From Dehalococcoidia bacterium (GTDB lineage Bacteria; Chloroflexota; Dehalococcoidia; GIF9; AB-539-J10): DNA of 64,000 nucleotides. The notes beneath the pieces are model-generated. The model ran no database searches, had not been told where the DNA came from, and saw nothing but the letters and a program-made list of their open reading frames with translations. The stretch covers positions 1,628 to 65,627 of the forward strand of contig JAUWQY010000001.1 in NCBI GenBank assembly GCA_030610855.1, in the 5' to 3' direction. A program made the translations under genes and the position numbers. How positions within the stretch are numbered: position 1 is the first letter of the stretch; the number at the start of each line of letters is the position of its first letter. Positions 40,472-49,578 of this stretch are shown here, piece after piece.

Positions 40472-41527
40472 CTATCTTCTCGGCTTGGGGCGGAATACTG
40501 CTATTTGAGGATCGGAGGTTGTTTCCTCAGCCTGCCTTCCCTGCTCCACCGTCTCCATCGCTCTTCTCACCAATTCTAACACAGCTTGGCCGCTAACGGC
40601 AGAGATGTAGAAGACAGGCACCTCAAGTTCATCGAGCTTTTGCCTGACCTCAGACACACCAGCCTGCGCCTGGGGCAAATCCACCTTGTTTACGGCCACG
40701 ATTCTTGGCTTCCGCGTCAAGTCCGGTTTGTATAGGGCTATCTCTCGATCCAGTTGACTCAGGTCCTCCATCACCATCGGCGAACTGCCATCGAGCAAGA
40801 GAATCAGTAGCTTAGTTCTCTCAGCATGGCGCAGAAAGCCGTTTCCCAATCCTTTACCAAGATGGGCACCTGCAACAAGGCCAGGGATTTCAGCAACAAC
40901 AAAATCCCTCCTGTCGCCTGGCATGACTCCCAAAACCGGCTCGCGCGTAGTAAAGGGGTAATCCGCAATCTCCGGTTTGGCTTTCGATATGCTGGATAGC
41001 AAAGTCGATTTCCCCGAGTTGGGATGGCCGACGATACATATATCGGTAACGGGCTTGAGCTCCAGGACAATACATCGCTCTTCTCCTGCTTTACCCTGGG
41101 TAGCTACCTCAGGAGCCTGGTTCACAGCGGTGGCAAAACGAACGTTGCCCAGTCCTCCCCGCCCCCCCCTGGCCACCACGATCTCTTGCCCTGGAGTGCT
41201 CAAATCAGAGAGCAGTGTCTCCATCCCGGAGTCACCGTCTGCGAACACCATCGTGCCCACCGGCATGGGAATAGTTAGATCCTCCCCTTTCTTACCCCGC
41301 TTCCGCCATCCGCTTCCGTGGTCACCATTACCAGCGCGAAATTCCTGCCGCTGCCTCATCAAGCTTAGATCATCTATATCAGGACTGGCAACGATGGTCA
41401 CACTACCACCATCTCCCCCGTCTCCCCCATCGGGACCGCCGAAAGGAACGTATTTCTCCCTCCGAAAGCTAACACAGCCATATCCACCATATCCACCCCT
41501 CACTATGATCTCTCTTCTGTATAGCAT
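40472..41527 (-). CDS. obgE: GTPase ObgE (short form)
   Basis: SFRREKYVPFGGPDGGDGG, G.PNSGKST, YPFTT, NKVD; start set to ATG 41527. Confidence 0.95.
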   Translation of the reverse strand: MLYRREIIVRGGYGGYGCVSFRREKYVPFGGPDGGDGGDGGSVTIVASPDIDDLSLMRQRQEFRAGNGDHGSGWRKRGKKGEDLTIPMPVGTMVFADGDSGMETLLSDLSTPGQEIVVARGGRGGLGNVRFATAVNQAPEVATQGKAGEERCIVLELKPVTDICIVGHPNSGKSTLLSSISKAKPEIADYPFTTREPVLGVMPGDRRDFVVAEIPGLVAGAHLGKGLGNGFLRHAERTKLLILLLDGSSPMVMEDLSQLDREIALYKPDLTRKPRIVAVNKVDLPQAQAGVSEVRQKLDELEVPVFYISAVSGQAVLELVRRAMETVEQGRQAEETTSDPQIAVFRPKPRR

Positions 41528-41673
41528 AACTAAATAGCCTAACATAAACTTAAGTATATTAATAAGTTAATACTACTAATCATAAGCAATATTATGGTGA
41601 TGGCAGTATATAGTGAGAAGGGTCAGGGTCTGGAAGCGAACTTCGCCCGGAAAAGCAACAGCTTATTCACAAA
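41528..41673. other. Candidate replication origin (oriC)
   Basis: Very AT-rich 41528-41600; DnaA box TTATTCACA at 41663-41671; directly downstream of dnaA. Confidence 0.5.
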
Positions 41674-43032
41674 TCAGTATCGGTTCTGCACAGGTTGTTG
41701 CTTGTTTCTATGGGTCTTCCCGGCATTGATCTTCTCTTTCATTTCGGCGATTTGATTAGAGAGAGTAGGGTTAACATTCAATTCGCCAGCTATCTTCTCG
41801 TAGCCATGAAGGATCGTGGCGTGGTTTCTGCCGCCCAATTGTCTGCCGATTTCGCTTAGAGAGCAGTCGCGCTCCTCGCGTATGAGATAGATGGCTACGT
41901 GTCGTGCCAGGGTAGTCTTCCTATCCCTTTTCTTGCCAATCAGGTCTTCCGTCGACAGATCGAAATGGTCCGCTACTACTTGCAGGAGCATCTTCATGTC
42001 TTGCTTACGGATCGGGCCTGTCAATAACTTGTTGATTGTCTGTGGAGTGAGCTTAGCACCGGTCAGTTTGGCCTGGGCAGTCAGGTAAACCAGGGCACCT
42101 TCAAGCTGGCGGACGTTCCCGCATACCTTCTGCGCTACAACGTGCAGCACTCCTTCGAGTTGATGGCTCATCGCCTTTTCTGTCTTGGCCCGCAGAATAT
42201 CGATGCGGGTTTCAAGATCCGGCGGTTGTATGTCAACAACAAGACCTCCTTCGAGGCGTGATTTAAGCTTGCTACTAAGTGGCTGCATATCTCCAGGAGC
42301 GCAATCAGCAGTGATGACGATTTGACGGTTATTGCTGTATAGCTCGTTGAAGGTATGGAAGAAGCATTGCAGGGTTTGTTTCTTGTCGATCAAGAAGTGA
42401 ACGTCGTCAAACAGCAGGACATGGATACTTCTGAATTTGCTGCGGAACTTGTCAACTTGGTTATCTCTCACAGCTGCAACAAATTCGTTGGCGAATTGCT
42501 CCGCAGTAGTGTAGGCTGCCCGCAGTCCATTGTTTATGGTTAGATGCCCGATGGCGTGGAGTAGATGGGTCTTACCTTGTCCTGTGCTGCTGTGAATGAA
42601 AAGAGGGTTATAACTGGCTCCTGGGTTCTCAGCTACTTCTACAGCGGCAGCATAAGCCAGACGATTGAAATCGCTGACAACAAGGTTATCGAACGTGTAC
42701 TTTGGGTTGAATCTGTACTGCGCAGCTTTGGTGCTTGTCCCGCCGTCGGTCTGATGGGCCAGGGGGCTTGCTGATGGCTGTTCGTGATTGTGAACCTGGA
42801 ACTGCACATCGACATCCTTGCCCATAATGGCAATCAAAGTCTTCCTCACCAGGGGATAAAGGCGCCTGGACAGCCATTCAGCGACAAAAACGTTGGAGAC
42901 ACTGACGACGAAGATACTGTTGTCGTAGCTTAGACCCTGGCTATCACTGAGCCAGGTTGCATAATTCGCCTTGCTGACCTGTATTTGAAGGTCCCCTAGA
43001 ACTCTCTTCCAAATCTCTTTCGCTGACTGCAA
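41674..43032 (-). CDS. dnaA: Chromosomal replication initiator DnaA
   Basis: FNPKYTFDN, YNPLFI, GKTHLLHAIG, NVRQLEGAL, GGRNHATILH. Confidence 0.96.
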   Translation of the reverse strand: MQSAKEIWKRVLGDLQIQVSKANYATWLSDSQGLSYDNSIFVVSVSNVFVAEWLSRRLYPLVRKTLIAIMGKDVDVQFQVHNHEQPSASPLAHQTDGGTSTKAAQYRFNPKYTFDNLVVSDFNRLAYAAAVEVAENPGASYNPLFIHSSTGQGKTHLLHAIGHLTINNGLRAAYTTAEQFANEFVAAVRDNQVDKFRSKFRSIHVLLFDDVHFLIDKKQTLQCFFHTFNELYSNNRQIVITADCAPGDMQPLSSKLKSRLEGGLVVDIQPPDLETRIDILRAKTEKAMSHQLEGVLHVVAQKVCGNVRQLEGALVYLTAQAKLTGAKLTPQTINKLLTGPIRKQDMKMLLQVVADHFDLSTEDLIGKKRDRKTTLARHVAIYLIREERDCSLSEIGRQLGGRNHATILHGYEKIAGELNVNPTLSNQIAEMKEKINAGKTHRNKQQPVQNRY

Positions 43033-43199
43033 TTTGTCCCCACTTCCGAAACCACTCAGCTACAAAGATAGCTGAAAGGAGTACTAAGGCGAGGGTAAGA
43101 CCTCTGGTGCTGCCTGTTCAGAGAATACCAAGTCTTGCCAAGCTTCCTCTAGGCAATCTTTGACATAATGAAAGAAATTATTGAAAATAGTCCTTTCAC

Positions 43200-44144
43200 A
43201 TGAAAGCGCGCACCCTTTTCATGGGCACTCCGCAATTCGCTGTGACAATACTGGAGTCTTTGCTTCGGAGTCGCTGCCAGGTGCTTGCTGTGTACACTCA
43301 GCCCGACAAGCCAGCTGGGAGGGGGCACCGGGTTGCCTTTTCTCCCGTCAAGAGGCTGGCGTTTGCGCGGCAAATACCGGTTATTCAGCCGGAGACCCTC
43401 AAATCTGTCGAGGCGGTGGAGGAGATGGTGAGCTTCCAGCCCGAGCTAATAATTGTGGCGGCCTTTGCCTTTATTCTCCCCGCCGAAGTGCTTGCGATGC
43501 CCAGATTCGGTTGTCTGAACATTCATCCTTCGTTGTTGCCGCGGCATCGAGGTGCGTCTCCAGTTGCCAATGCCATTCTTTGCGGAGATGGAAGTACCGG
43601 CGTTACCGTAATGCTGATGGACAGCGGCATGGATACCGGGCCGATTCTATGCCAGGAAGAAGCGAGGATTTCCGTTATGGACACCACAGGCTCGCTTAGC
43701 CCCAGACTGGCTGATGTGGGTGCCGGTCTTCTGCTGAGAACTTTGCCCGAGTGGCTTGGGGGCGAGCTCAAACCACGAGTTCAGGATGAGTCCCGGGCCA
43801 CTTATAGTAAGGTAATAGCCGGGGAAGATGCCGAGATTGATTGGCAACTCTCCGCACTCGAGCTCTGGCGGGGAGTAAGGGCGTACAATCCCTGGCCGGG
43901 CTGCTACACCTGGTGGCGAACGAAACGGCTCAAAATCCATGAGGCTATGCCTCTTGACTGTGCTGCGAGAGGAGAACCGGGGGAAGTAATAGCCCTGGCA
44001 GAGCCGCCTGGAGTCGGGGTGATAACCGGTCACGGTGTTTTGAGGCTTGGGCAGGTCCAACTGGAGGGAAAACACAAAATGCCGGTCGATAACTTCGTCC
44101 TTGGGAAAAGAGACTTCATCGGTTCCGTCCTGGGACGAATGTAG
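43200..44144 (+). CDS. fmt: Methionyl-tRNA formyltransferase
   Basis: FMGTPQFA, TQPDKPAGRG, NIHPSLLP, DTGP. Confidence 0.97.
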   Translation: MKARTLFMGTPQFAVTILESLLRSRCQVLAVYTQPDKPAGRGHRVAFSPVKRLAFARQIPVIQPETLKSVEAVEEMVSFQPELIIVAAFAFILPAEVLAMPRFGCLNIHPSLLPRHRGASPVANAILCGDGSTGVTVMLMDSGMDTGPILCQEEARISVMDTTGSLSPRLADVGAGLLLRTLPEWLGGELKPRVQDESRATYSKVIAGEDAEIDWQLSALELWRGVRAYNPWPGCYTWWRTKRLKIHEAMPLDCAARGEPGEVIALAEPPGVGVITGHGVLRLGQVQLEGKHKMPVDNFVLGKRDFIGSVLGRM

Positions 44145-44158
44145 TTCCTCCTGTTCTC

Positions 44159-44776
44159 CTACGCCCGCTTTCGACGCCGCTGTCCTTTCCTCAACAATGA
44201 GTAAATTCCCTCTACTTGCCGTCTTGTCTCGTCCAGCGAACCATCATTATCAATGACGAAGTCGGCCGACCTGGTTTTTTCCTCAAGAGGAAGCTGGGAT
44301 CTCATCCTGTTCCGGGCATCGTCCCGGCTTAGTCCTTTTTCCTCTAATCGTCTTAACTGGGTCTGTTCACTGGCAGAAACAACGATCGTCTTATCCACAG
44401 ATATAGGGAGAGCGGCTTCATGCAGTAACGGAATGTCCTTGACAATAAGAGCATCGGGATCAAGGCTGTTGATCTCCTCTGTAATCCTCTCGTCCTCCTT
44501 AACCACCTCCGGATGAACAATCTGATTTAGCCTGGCCACCTTTTCCTTGTTGGAGAATACTATATCGGCCAGCTTTTGGCGATTGAGGGCCAGGTCTTCG
44601 TTTAGGAAATCGTTTCCGAAACACTCTACTATTTCTTTCCAGGCCTTTGAGTGAGGACGGACCACCTGCCGGGCCAACTCATCCCAATCAATTATGTAAG
44701 CCCCCAGTTGTTTGAAAAGACCGGCTACCGTGCTTTTGCCAGTGCCTATACTTCCTGTAAGACCGACAATAATCAT
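44159..44776 (-). CDS. coaE: Dephospho-CoA kinase
   Basis: GLTGSIGTGKSTV, IVHP, DIPLL, ADFVIDN. Confidence 0.95.
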   Translation of the reverse strand: MIIVGLTGSIGTGKSTVAGLFKQLGAYIIDWDELARQVVRPHSKAWKEIVECFGNDFLNEDLALNRQKLADIVFSNKEKVARLNQIVHPEVVKEDERITEEINSLDPDALIVKDIPLLHEAALPISVDKTIVVSASEQTQLRRLEEKGLSRDDARNRMRSQLPLEEKTRSADFVIDNDGSLDETRRQVEGIYSLLRKGQRRRKRA

Positions 44777-45495
44777 CAGTTCGCCCCTTGTGCGTCACCT
44801 CTCTTAGCTAACAACCTTCCATAGTAAGGAGATTTCGACAAATACAGGGCGGCCAAAGGATTGTGCCCTGTAACTCTGTCTTTTACCGCCAGCACTGTCA
44901 TGGGGACGCGACAGTATTTGATAAACAAGGTGTCGTGTCCGATGCAGAGTCCCAACATTATAGCCAGATCAACTTGCTCACTGTTGAGGACCTCTGCCTG
45001 AACGATGGGATTGCACAGGGATTCCCAGGTTTCAGGCCCCACAATATGCTGCTCAGGCTTGATGCCGACTCTCTGCTTAGGCGTAGCACCCGATTTGCAG
45101 CAAACAGAGACAACTTCAAATCCCTTGCTTTCCAGAACATCAGTGAGCATCTGAGCTTCTTTTCTCAGACCGAGGCAGAAAGCCATGCCCAATCTCTTGT
45201 AGCCACACTTAGAGGCAAACTGAGTTAGCTCTTCGATACGGGGGATCTTGGTTCTCATCCCCTCCTCCGTCCGTTCATAGCATTCAAACTCCTGTATCGA
45301 GGCCAGGCGCGCGAATTCCTTGACTGCCGGCTTGTCATATTCAGAGACAGCTCTATCGACAAGCTCGGGGAACAATCTCATGGGGCAGAAGGAAGGCGCT
45401 TCATCCAAGGTAGGTGCCTCATCAATCCCTATAGCAGGGCTACACACCACCTTGGCACATTTGGCACACATGGGATGTAGTGCGTCAGTCATCAT
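44776..45495 (-). CDS. DUF1847 family Cys-rich metal-binding protein
   Basis: AFCLGL, VCCK, CNPIVQA, GLCIGHD, KDRVTGHNP. Confidence 0.9.
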   Translation of the reverse strand: MMTDALHPMCAKCAKVVCSPAIGIDEAPTLDEAPSFCPMRLFPELVDRAVSEYDKPAVKEFARLASIQEFECYERTEEGMRTKIPRIEELTQFASKCGYKRLGMAFCLGLRKEAQMLTDVLESKGFEVVSVCCKSGATPKQRVGIKPEQHIVGPETWESLCNPIVQAEVLNSEQVDLAIMLGLCIGHDTLFIKYCRVPMTVLAVKDRVTGHNPLAALYLSKSPYYGRLLAKRGDAQGAN

Positions 45496-45512
45496 TCAAA
45501 CCTCCTTGAGGC

Positions 45513-45852
45513 CTAATGGCCGCATACGTTGTCGCCTGTTGCCTGCTTACCTCTTACATAACCCAGAAGGACCTTCTCGGGGTTATCGCCGAGCGCGCCA
45601 ACAACCATTTGGGTGGCCGCCTTTTGCGAGAAGGGTTCGGGCGCGCGAGCCCATGCCGCTAGCTATGACAACGCAAGCGCCTTGTTCAGTCAACCAGGCG
45701 GGAAGAAACCCGGGTCGATGTCCTGGCGACGGCATGACCTCCTTCCTCACGATCGCGGTAGTAACCTCATCAACGTCAGACAGGGAGAAATAGCTGTGAT
45801 GGCCACAGTCGGCAGCCATCTTCTGTTCTGCTATAGGCGCCGCCAATCTCAT
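45513..45852 (-). pseudogene. Frameshifted NifB/NifX-family paralog
   Basis: SPGHRPGFLPAWL..GMGSRAR, then continues in another frame as FSQKAATQMVVGALGDNPEKVLLGYVRGKQATGDNVCGH*, collinear with 48717-49055. Confidence 0.85.
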
Positions 45853-46093
45853 TTCCTATCCCTCCTGCAAGTGTCTTCTGAGGAGCAAGGAGGCATCTCA
45901 CAGCGTTCCGTCTTGCCACAACAGGTCGTGCCTGGTACAGAGCACTGGTCTTTAAGGCATGGGTAGCTGAGAGCAGCCTCTCTAGCTTGTCACTGCCACA
46001 CACCGGACATTGTACACCCTGGCTGTTAAGGGTGCGGAGAAACATCTCCGGAAGGCTCCCGCATTCCAAGCATTTGTACTCATAAATTGGCAT
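45849..46093 (-). pseudogene. Frameshifted FmdB-type zinc ribbon paralog
   Basis: MPIYEYKCLECG..CPVCGS.., then continues in another frame as VPGTTCCGKTERCEMPPCSSEDTCRRDRK*, collinear with 49092-49328. Confidence 0.85.
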
Positions 46094-46205
46094 CTCTACC
46101 TCCTGGGTTTCTGGTTTTGCTGAAATGACCAGCCATAGCTGTTCTGTACATGAAATGCCTGGCTTTCCCATATTGCCAGGCAAGGTTCCTCCATCGCTTG
46201 CAGTA

Positions 46206-46985
46206 TCAAACAAGATAGCCTTTAGGACCAGGACGGCGACGCAATGTCTCCACAAGATCAAGCGGCCTGACTTCACGTCTTGGCGCTTCATATACAGTAA
46301 CTACATTCCGAAGATTGCTGAACTTGGCTCGAATGCTAGCTACATTTTCGGGCGGCAGTGGTTTCACCTTCGATGGGCGCAGGGGTGTGTTTATCTGCAC
46401 CTCGTCGGGCGAAATGCTACGGGCAAGCTCCGCTACCTTTTCGGCATAACCCTCATTAGTCTGCATAAACATTACCTGAAGGGCCAGTTTGCCCTGGTAT
46501 GCGCCCCTGAATCGCCTCATGCCATCCAATATGAGGTCAAAACGCAAGCCCGAGGCCGGCCTGTTGACTAAGGAAAAGAGCTCGTCGTTTGGTACATCCA
46601 GCTTGGCCACTACCACGTCAGCCCGGGCGAGGCGCTCCCTTACATCTTCGCGGAACATGAGAGAACCATTCGTGAGCACTGCTGTCGGCAAATCCAAAAT
46701 CGACCTTGCAAGCTCAATCGCCTCACCCAGGTTACTGGCCAGGGAGGGCTCACCCATGCCAGAGAAAGTGGCGTAGTCAGCATCTATCGGCCTAAGGGAC
46801 TCGATTTCACTGGTCAGTTGGTCCAAGCTGATGAATTCCTCTGGCTCGACGACAAAACGGGTGGTCTCACCTAACTGGCAATAGACGCAGTTGAAGGTAC
46901 AGATTTTCCTCTTGGCATTGAGAAGGTCTATACCCAGTGATCTGCCCAACCTCCATGAAGCAACAGGCCCGTAAACAAGTGCCAT
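46206..46985 (-). CDS. Radical SAM protein (COG0731/TYW1-like Fe-S oxidoreductase)
   Basis: YGPV.SWRLGRSLGID, CTFNCVYC, SGMGEP. Confidence 0.9.
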   Translation of the reverse strand: MALVYGPVASWRLGRSLGIDLLNAKRKICTFNCVYCQLGETTRFVVEPEEFISLDQLTSEIESLRPIDADYATFSGMGEPSLASNLGEAIELARSILDLPTAVLTNGSLMFREDVRERLARADVVVAKLDVPNDELFSLVNRPASGLRFDLILDGMRRFRGAYQGKLALQVMFMQTNEGYAEKVAELARSISPDEVQINTPLRPSKVKPLPPENVASIRAKFSNLRNVVTVYEAPRREVRPLDLVETLRRRPGPKGYLV

Positions 46986-47044
46986 TTCAGTATTTAACCT
47001 TCATACTTGATTTAACGTCCGTCAATGTGCCCCGGAATCCAGTG

Positions 47045-47210
47045 CCACCGTTGATGCCGGCCATCCTTGCCCGGTTCATCAAGGCCGGCATCTCGGGGAG
47101 CATGCTTGATATGGGCCAAACCATAACCTCTCGATCTGCAATTCGCCGACGAGCCTTTCAGTAGTCTTACGTCAACGCGATGTGCCGCCTATAGAAACAA
47201 CGGGAGGCAT
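47045..47210 (-). pseudogene. mobB: N-terminal remnant of molybdopterin-guanine dinucleotide biosynthesis protein B
   Basis: MPPVVSIGGTSR*RKTTERLVGELQ, frameshift, SRGYGLAHIKHAPRDAGLDEPGKD; matches MobB G..GKTT..RGY....IKH....D.PGKD; end approximate. Confidence 0.75.
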
Positions 47211-47223
47211 TTTCCCGTCCTCC

Positions 47224-47673
47224 TTAGTGCTTACGGTATGCTCTCTTCCAGGGCTCTCGTTTCGTTGCGATGTAGTCTCTTATGGCTGCTTGGAGCGTAT
47301 TCGCCGCCAGCAGAGCGCAATGCTCACTTTCGTCAGGCAGTCCGCCCAGGGCGTCCAGCACATCACGCTGCGTCATTTTCTGAGCTTCGCTGATGCTCTT
47401 GCCCTTGGCTATCTCTGTGACCATGCTGCCAGAGGCAATGCTGCTACCGCAGCCATCGGTCATAAAGGTGGCATCGACAATGGCATCATTGTTGACCTTG
47501 AGCCATATTTCCATTGTGTCACCGCAGGGGCCTGTCACTCTTGCGAATGCGCCGGCGTTCTGCATAACACCCACGTTCCTCGGGGCCATGGCATGGTCGA
47601 TTACTGCTTCAGAGTAGATCCTGCGGGCATCCGCCAAAATCAACTCCTGGAGTTCCTGAGAGTCAGCAGACAT
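47224..47673 (-). CDS. NifU/IscU-type Fe-S scaffold protein
   Basis: PRNVG, GPCGD, GCG, HCA. Confidence 0.92.
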   Translation of the reverse strand: MSADSQELQELILADARRIYSEAVIDHAMAPRNVGVMQNAGAFARVTGPCGDTMEIWLKVNNDAIVDATFMTDGCGSSIASGSMVTEIAKGKSISEAQKMTQRDVLDALGGLPDESEHCALLAANTLQAAIRDYIATKREPWKRAYRKH

Positions 47674-47688
47674 TCTTTTGCCTCCTGT

Positions 47689-48693
47689 TCATCTGCCACC
47701 AGCCGACACCACCTGGACCAGAGCTTCGCCCAGCCTGGTCACGATTTCATCGTCATAGCGTTCGATTTTACCCTCATCACAGAGTTTGGCTAGCTTGGGG
47801 TCTATGGGTAGCTGACCCAAGAACGGGGCATTGACGGCACGGGCTGTCTCTTCTCCCCGGCTCCGGCCAAAGACCTCAATCCTCTTATCTATCTCGGGTA
47901 CATACAGGTAACTCATATTCTCGACCACACCCAGAACGCGCTTCTCCATTTTCCGGACCATGTTCACCGCCTTGCGCACAATCATCTGAACCAGGTCCTG
48001 AGGGGTGAAAACGACGATTACCCCCGAAATCGGAAAGGACTGCATTAGTGTGAGCGGTGCGTCGGCAGTTCCCGGCGGCAGGTCAACAATTAGATAATCA
48101 AGCTTGCCCCAGAGCACGTCTTCACCAAACTGCTTGATGGTATTCCCAATTAGAGGGCCGCGCCAGATAATGGCATCATCCTCACTGGGTAGGAGAAGAT
48201 TGATAGACATGACTTCAATCCCTGACCCCGATAGTACCGGCAGAATTCCACCTTCGTTGCCACTGGGCCGAGCGCTGAGTCCGAACATCCTAGGTATGCT
48301 CGGGCCGGTAATATCAGCATCCAAAATGCCTACCTCATAGCCCTTACGCTTCAGGGCGATGGCGAGCAGACCTGATACCAGGGATTTGCCTACGCCTCCT
48401 TTACCGCTCATCACGGCAACAATGTGATCTATTTCGTTAAGGTCCTTTGCCTTGGCATCAGTATATTCAACATTCGCATCATTGACATCGGGCAGCTTCT
48501 CAATGACTTCCTTCGCCTTGGTCTTGATCCAGTCCTGTGCGTCTGGAATCAACCCCGTTGATGCCAGGGTGACGTTTACTTTCTCACCGGAAGCGGTGAC
48601 CTCACGCACCAGGTTCATCGCGACGATGCTGCGGTTGATACTAGGCACCAGTACTGCTTCCAGGCTCTCCCTTACTTGTTCTTCACTCGCCAC
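47689..48693 (-). CDS. Mrp/NBP35 (ApbC) ATPase with N-terminal FeS-assembly (DUF59-like) domain
   Basis: SGKGGVGKS, DADITGPS, IWRGP, DLPPGT, ENMS; CxxC after ENMS is missing. Confidence 0.92.
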   Translation of the reverse strand: MASEEQVRESLEAVLVPSINRSIVAMNLVREVTASGEKVNVTLASTGLIPDAQDWIKTKAKEVIEKLPDVNDANVEYTDAKAKDLNEIDHIVAVMSGKGGVGKSLVSGLLAIALKRKGYEVGILDADITGPSIPRMFGLSARPSGNEGGILPVLSGSGIEVMSINLLLPSEDDAIIWRGPLIGNTIKQFGEDVLWGKLDYLIVDLPPGTADAPLTLMQSFPISGVIVVFTPQDLVQMIVRKAVNMVRKMEKRVLGVVENMSYLYVPEIDKRIEVFGRSRGEETARAVNAPFLGQLPIDPKLAKLCDEGKIERYDDEIVTRLGEALVQVVSAGGR

Positions 48694-48716
48694 AAGTTTC
48701 CCTCCATTTCCATCTA

Positions 48717-49055
48717 TCAGTGGTCACAGATGTTACCCTCTGTAGCTAGTTGGCCGTTGAGATAACTCAGAACCGCCTTCTCTGGGTCACTTTCCACAGT
48801 GCCGACAACGACCCCGATGCAGTGCTGCTGGAAAAGGCTCTGCGCCCGGGATCCCATGCCACCGGCAATCACAAAGGCAACGCCTTGTTCTGCCAGCCAC
48901 TCCGGAAGAAGCCCCGGCTGGTGGCCCGGCGACGGTATAAGCTCTTTCCTGATTATTTCCCTCTTATTTTCATCAACATCGATCAGTGCGAAATATTCAC
49001 AATGACCAAAGTGCGGCGATACTATCCCGCCGTTTACCGGTATCGCATACCTCAT
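48717..49055 (-). CDS. NifB/NifX family (dinitrogenase FeMo-co biosynthesis domain) protein
   Basis: SPHFGHC, GHQPG, GGMG, C-terminal CDH; ATG after GGAGG. Confidence 0.9.
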   Translation of the reverse strand: MRYAIPVNGGIVSPHFGHCEYFALIDVDENKREIIRKELIPSPGHQPGLLPEWLAEQGVAFVIAGGMGSRAQSLFQQHCIGVVVGTVESDPEKAVLSYLNGQLATEGNICDH

Positions 49056-49091
49056 AGTAACCTCCATCTATTGTTTTTTATTTTTGGTCCC

Positions 49092-49328
49092 TTAGTGCCG
49101 CCGGCAGGTGTCCCCGGTAGAGCAGGGCGGTGCGTTACAACGCTCGGTCTGGCCACAGCAGGTAGTGCCAGGAGCCTGACTACTCGTTCTGATTACATAG
49201 GATGAGGAAATGAGTCTCTCCAACTTTGCACTGCCACAATCAGGGCAGCGCGGGGCCTGCTCAGTACCTCGGACGAACACCTCTGATACCTTGCCGCATT
49301 CGAGACATCTGAAGTCGTGAATTGGCAT
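49092..49328 (-). CDS. FmdB-type zinc ribbon protein with Cys-rich tail
   Basis: MPIHDFRCLECG..CPDCGS..TTCCG..C..PPC....C. Confidence 0.88.
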   Translation of the reverse strand: MPIHDFRCLECGKVSEVFVRGTEQAPRCPDCGSAKLERLISSSYVIRTSSQAPGTTCCGQTERCNAPPCSTGDTCRRH

Positions 49329-49377
49329 CTTTTGTACTAACTCCCTTCCAAACTCGTTTTACGTGAGATAGCCTGCC

Positions 49378-49572
49378 TCATAAACCGACGCTTCGGGTCG
49401 GACTGCTCAGCATACAAGAGCTGCCGGAAGTGGCAACGAAGGCTGAGAAAACACGGCGAGAGCTCTCTGTCCCGCACCTGGGATATTCTACTTCCCCGTC
49501 GCTATTGCTCATACTCCGTCGCAGGTCAAAACGTTCACCACATTTAAGACACTCGTATTCATAGATTGCCAC
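49378..49572 (-). CDS. FmdB-type zinc ribbon protein, possibly degenerate
   Basis: IYEYECLKCG; second CxxC reads YPRC. Confidence 0.7.
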   Translation of the reverse strand: MAIYEYECLKCGERFDLRRSMSNSDGEVEYPRCGTESSRRVFSAFVATSGSSCMLSSPTRSVGL

Positions 49573-49578
49573 GGTGTG

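Noticed and set aside
44391..44399. Perfect DnaA box TTATCCACA
   Set aside because: Isolated, inside coaE coding sequence, no AT-rich neighbour.
45513..47210. Selenocysteine or programmed recoding in the broken operon genes
   Set aside because: Breaks are indels without clear slippery sites; the mobB TGA is at a non-Cys position and comes with other lesions.
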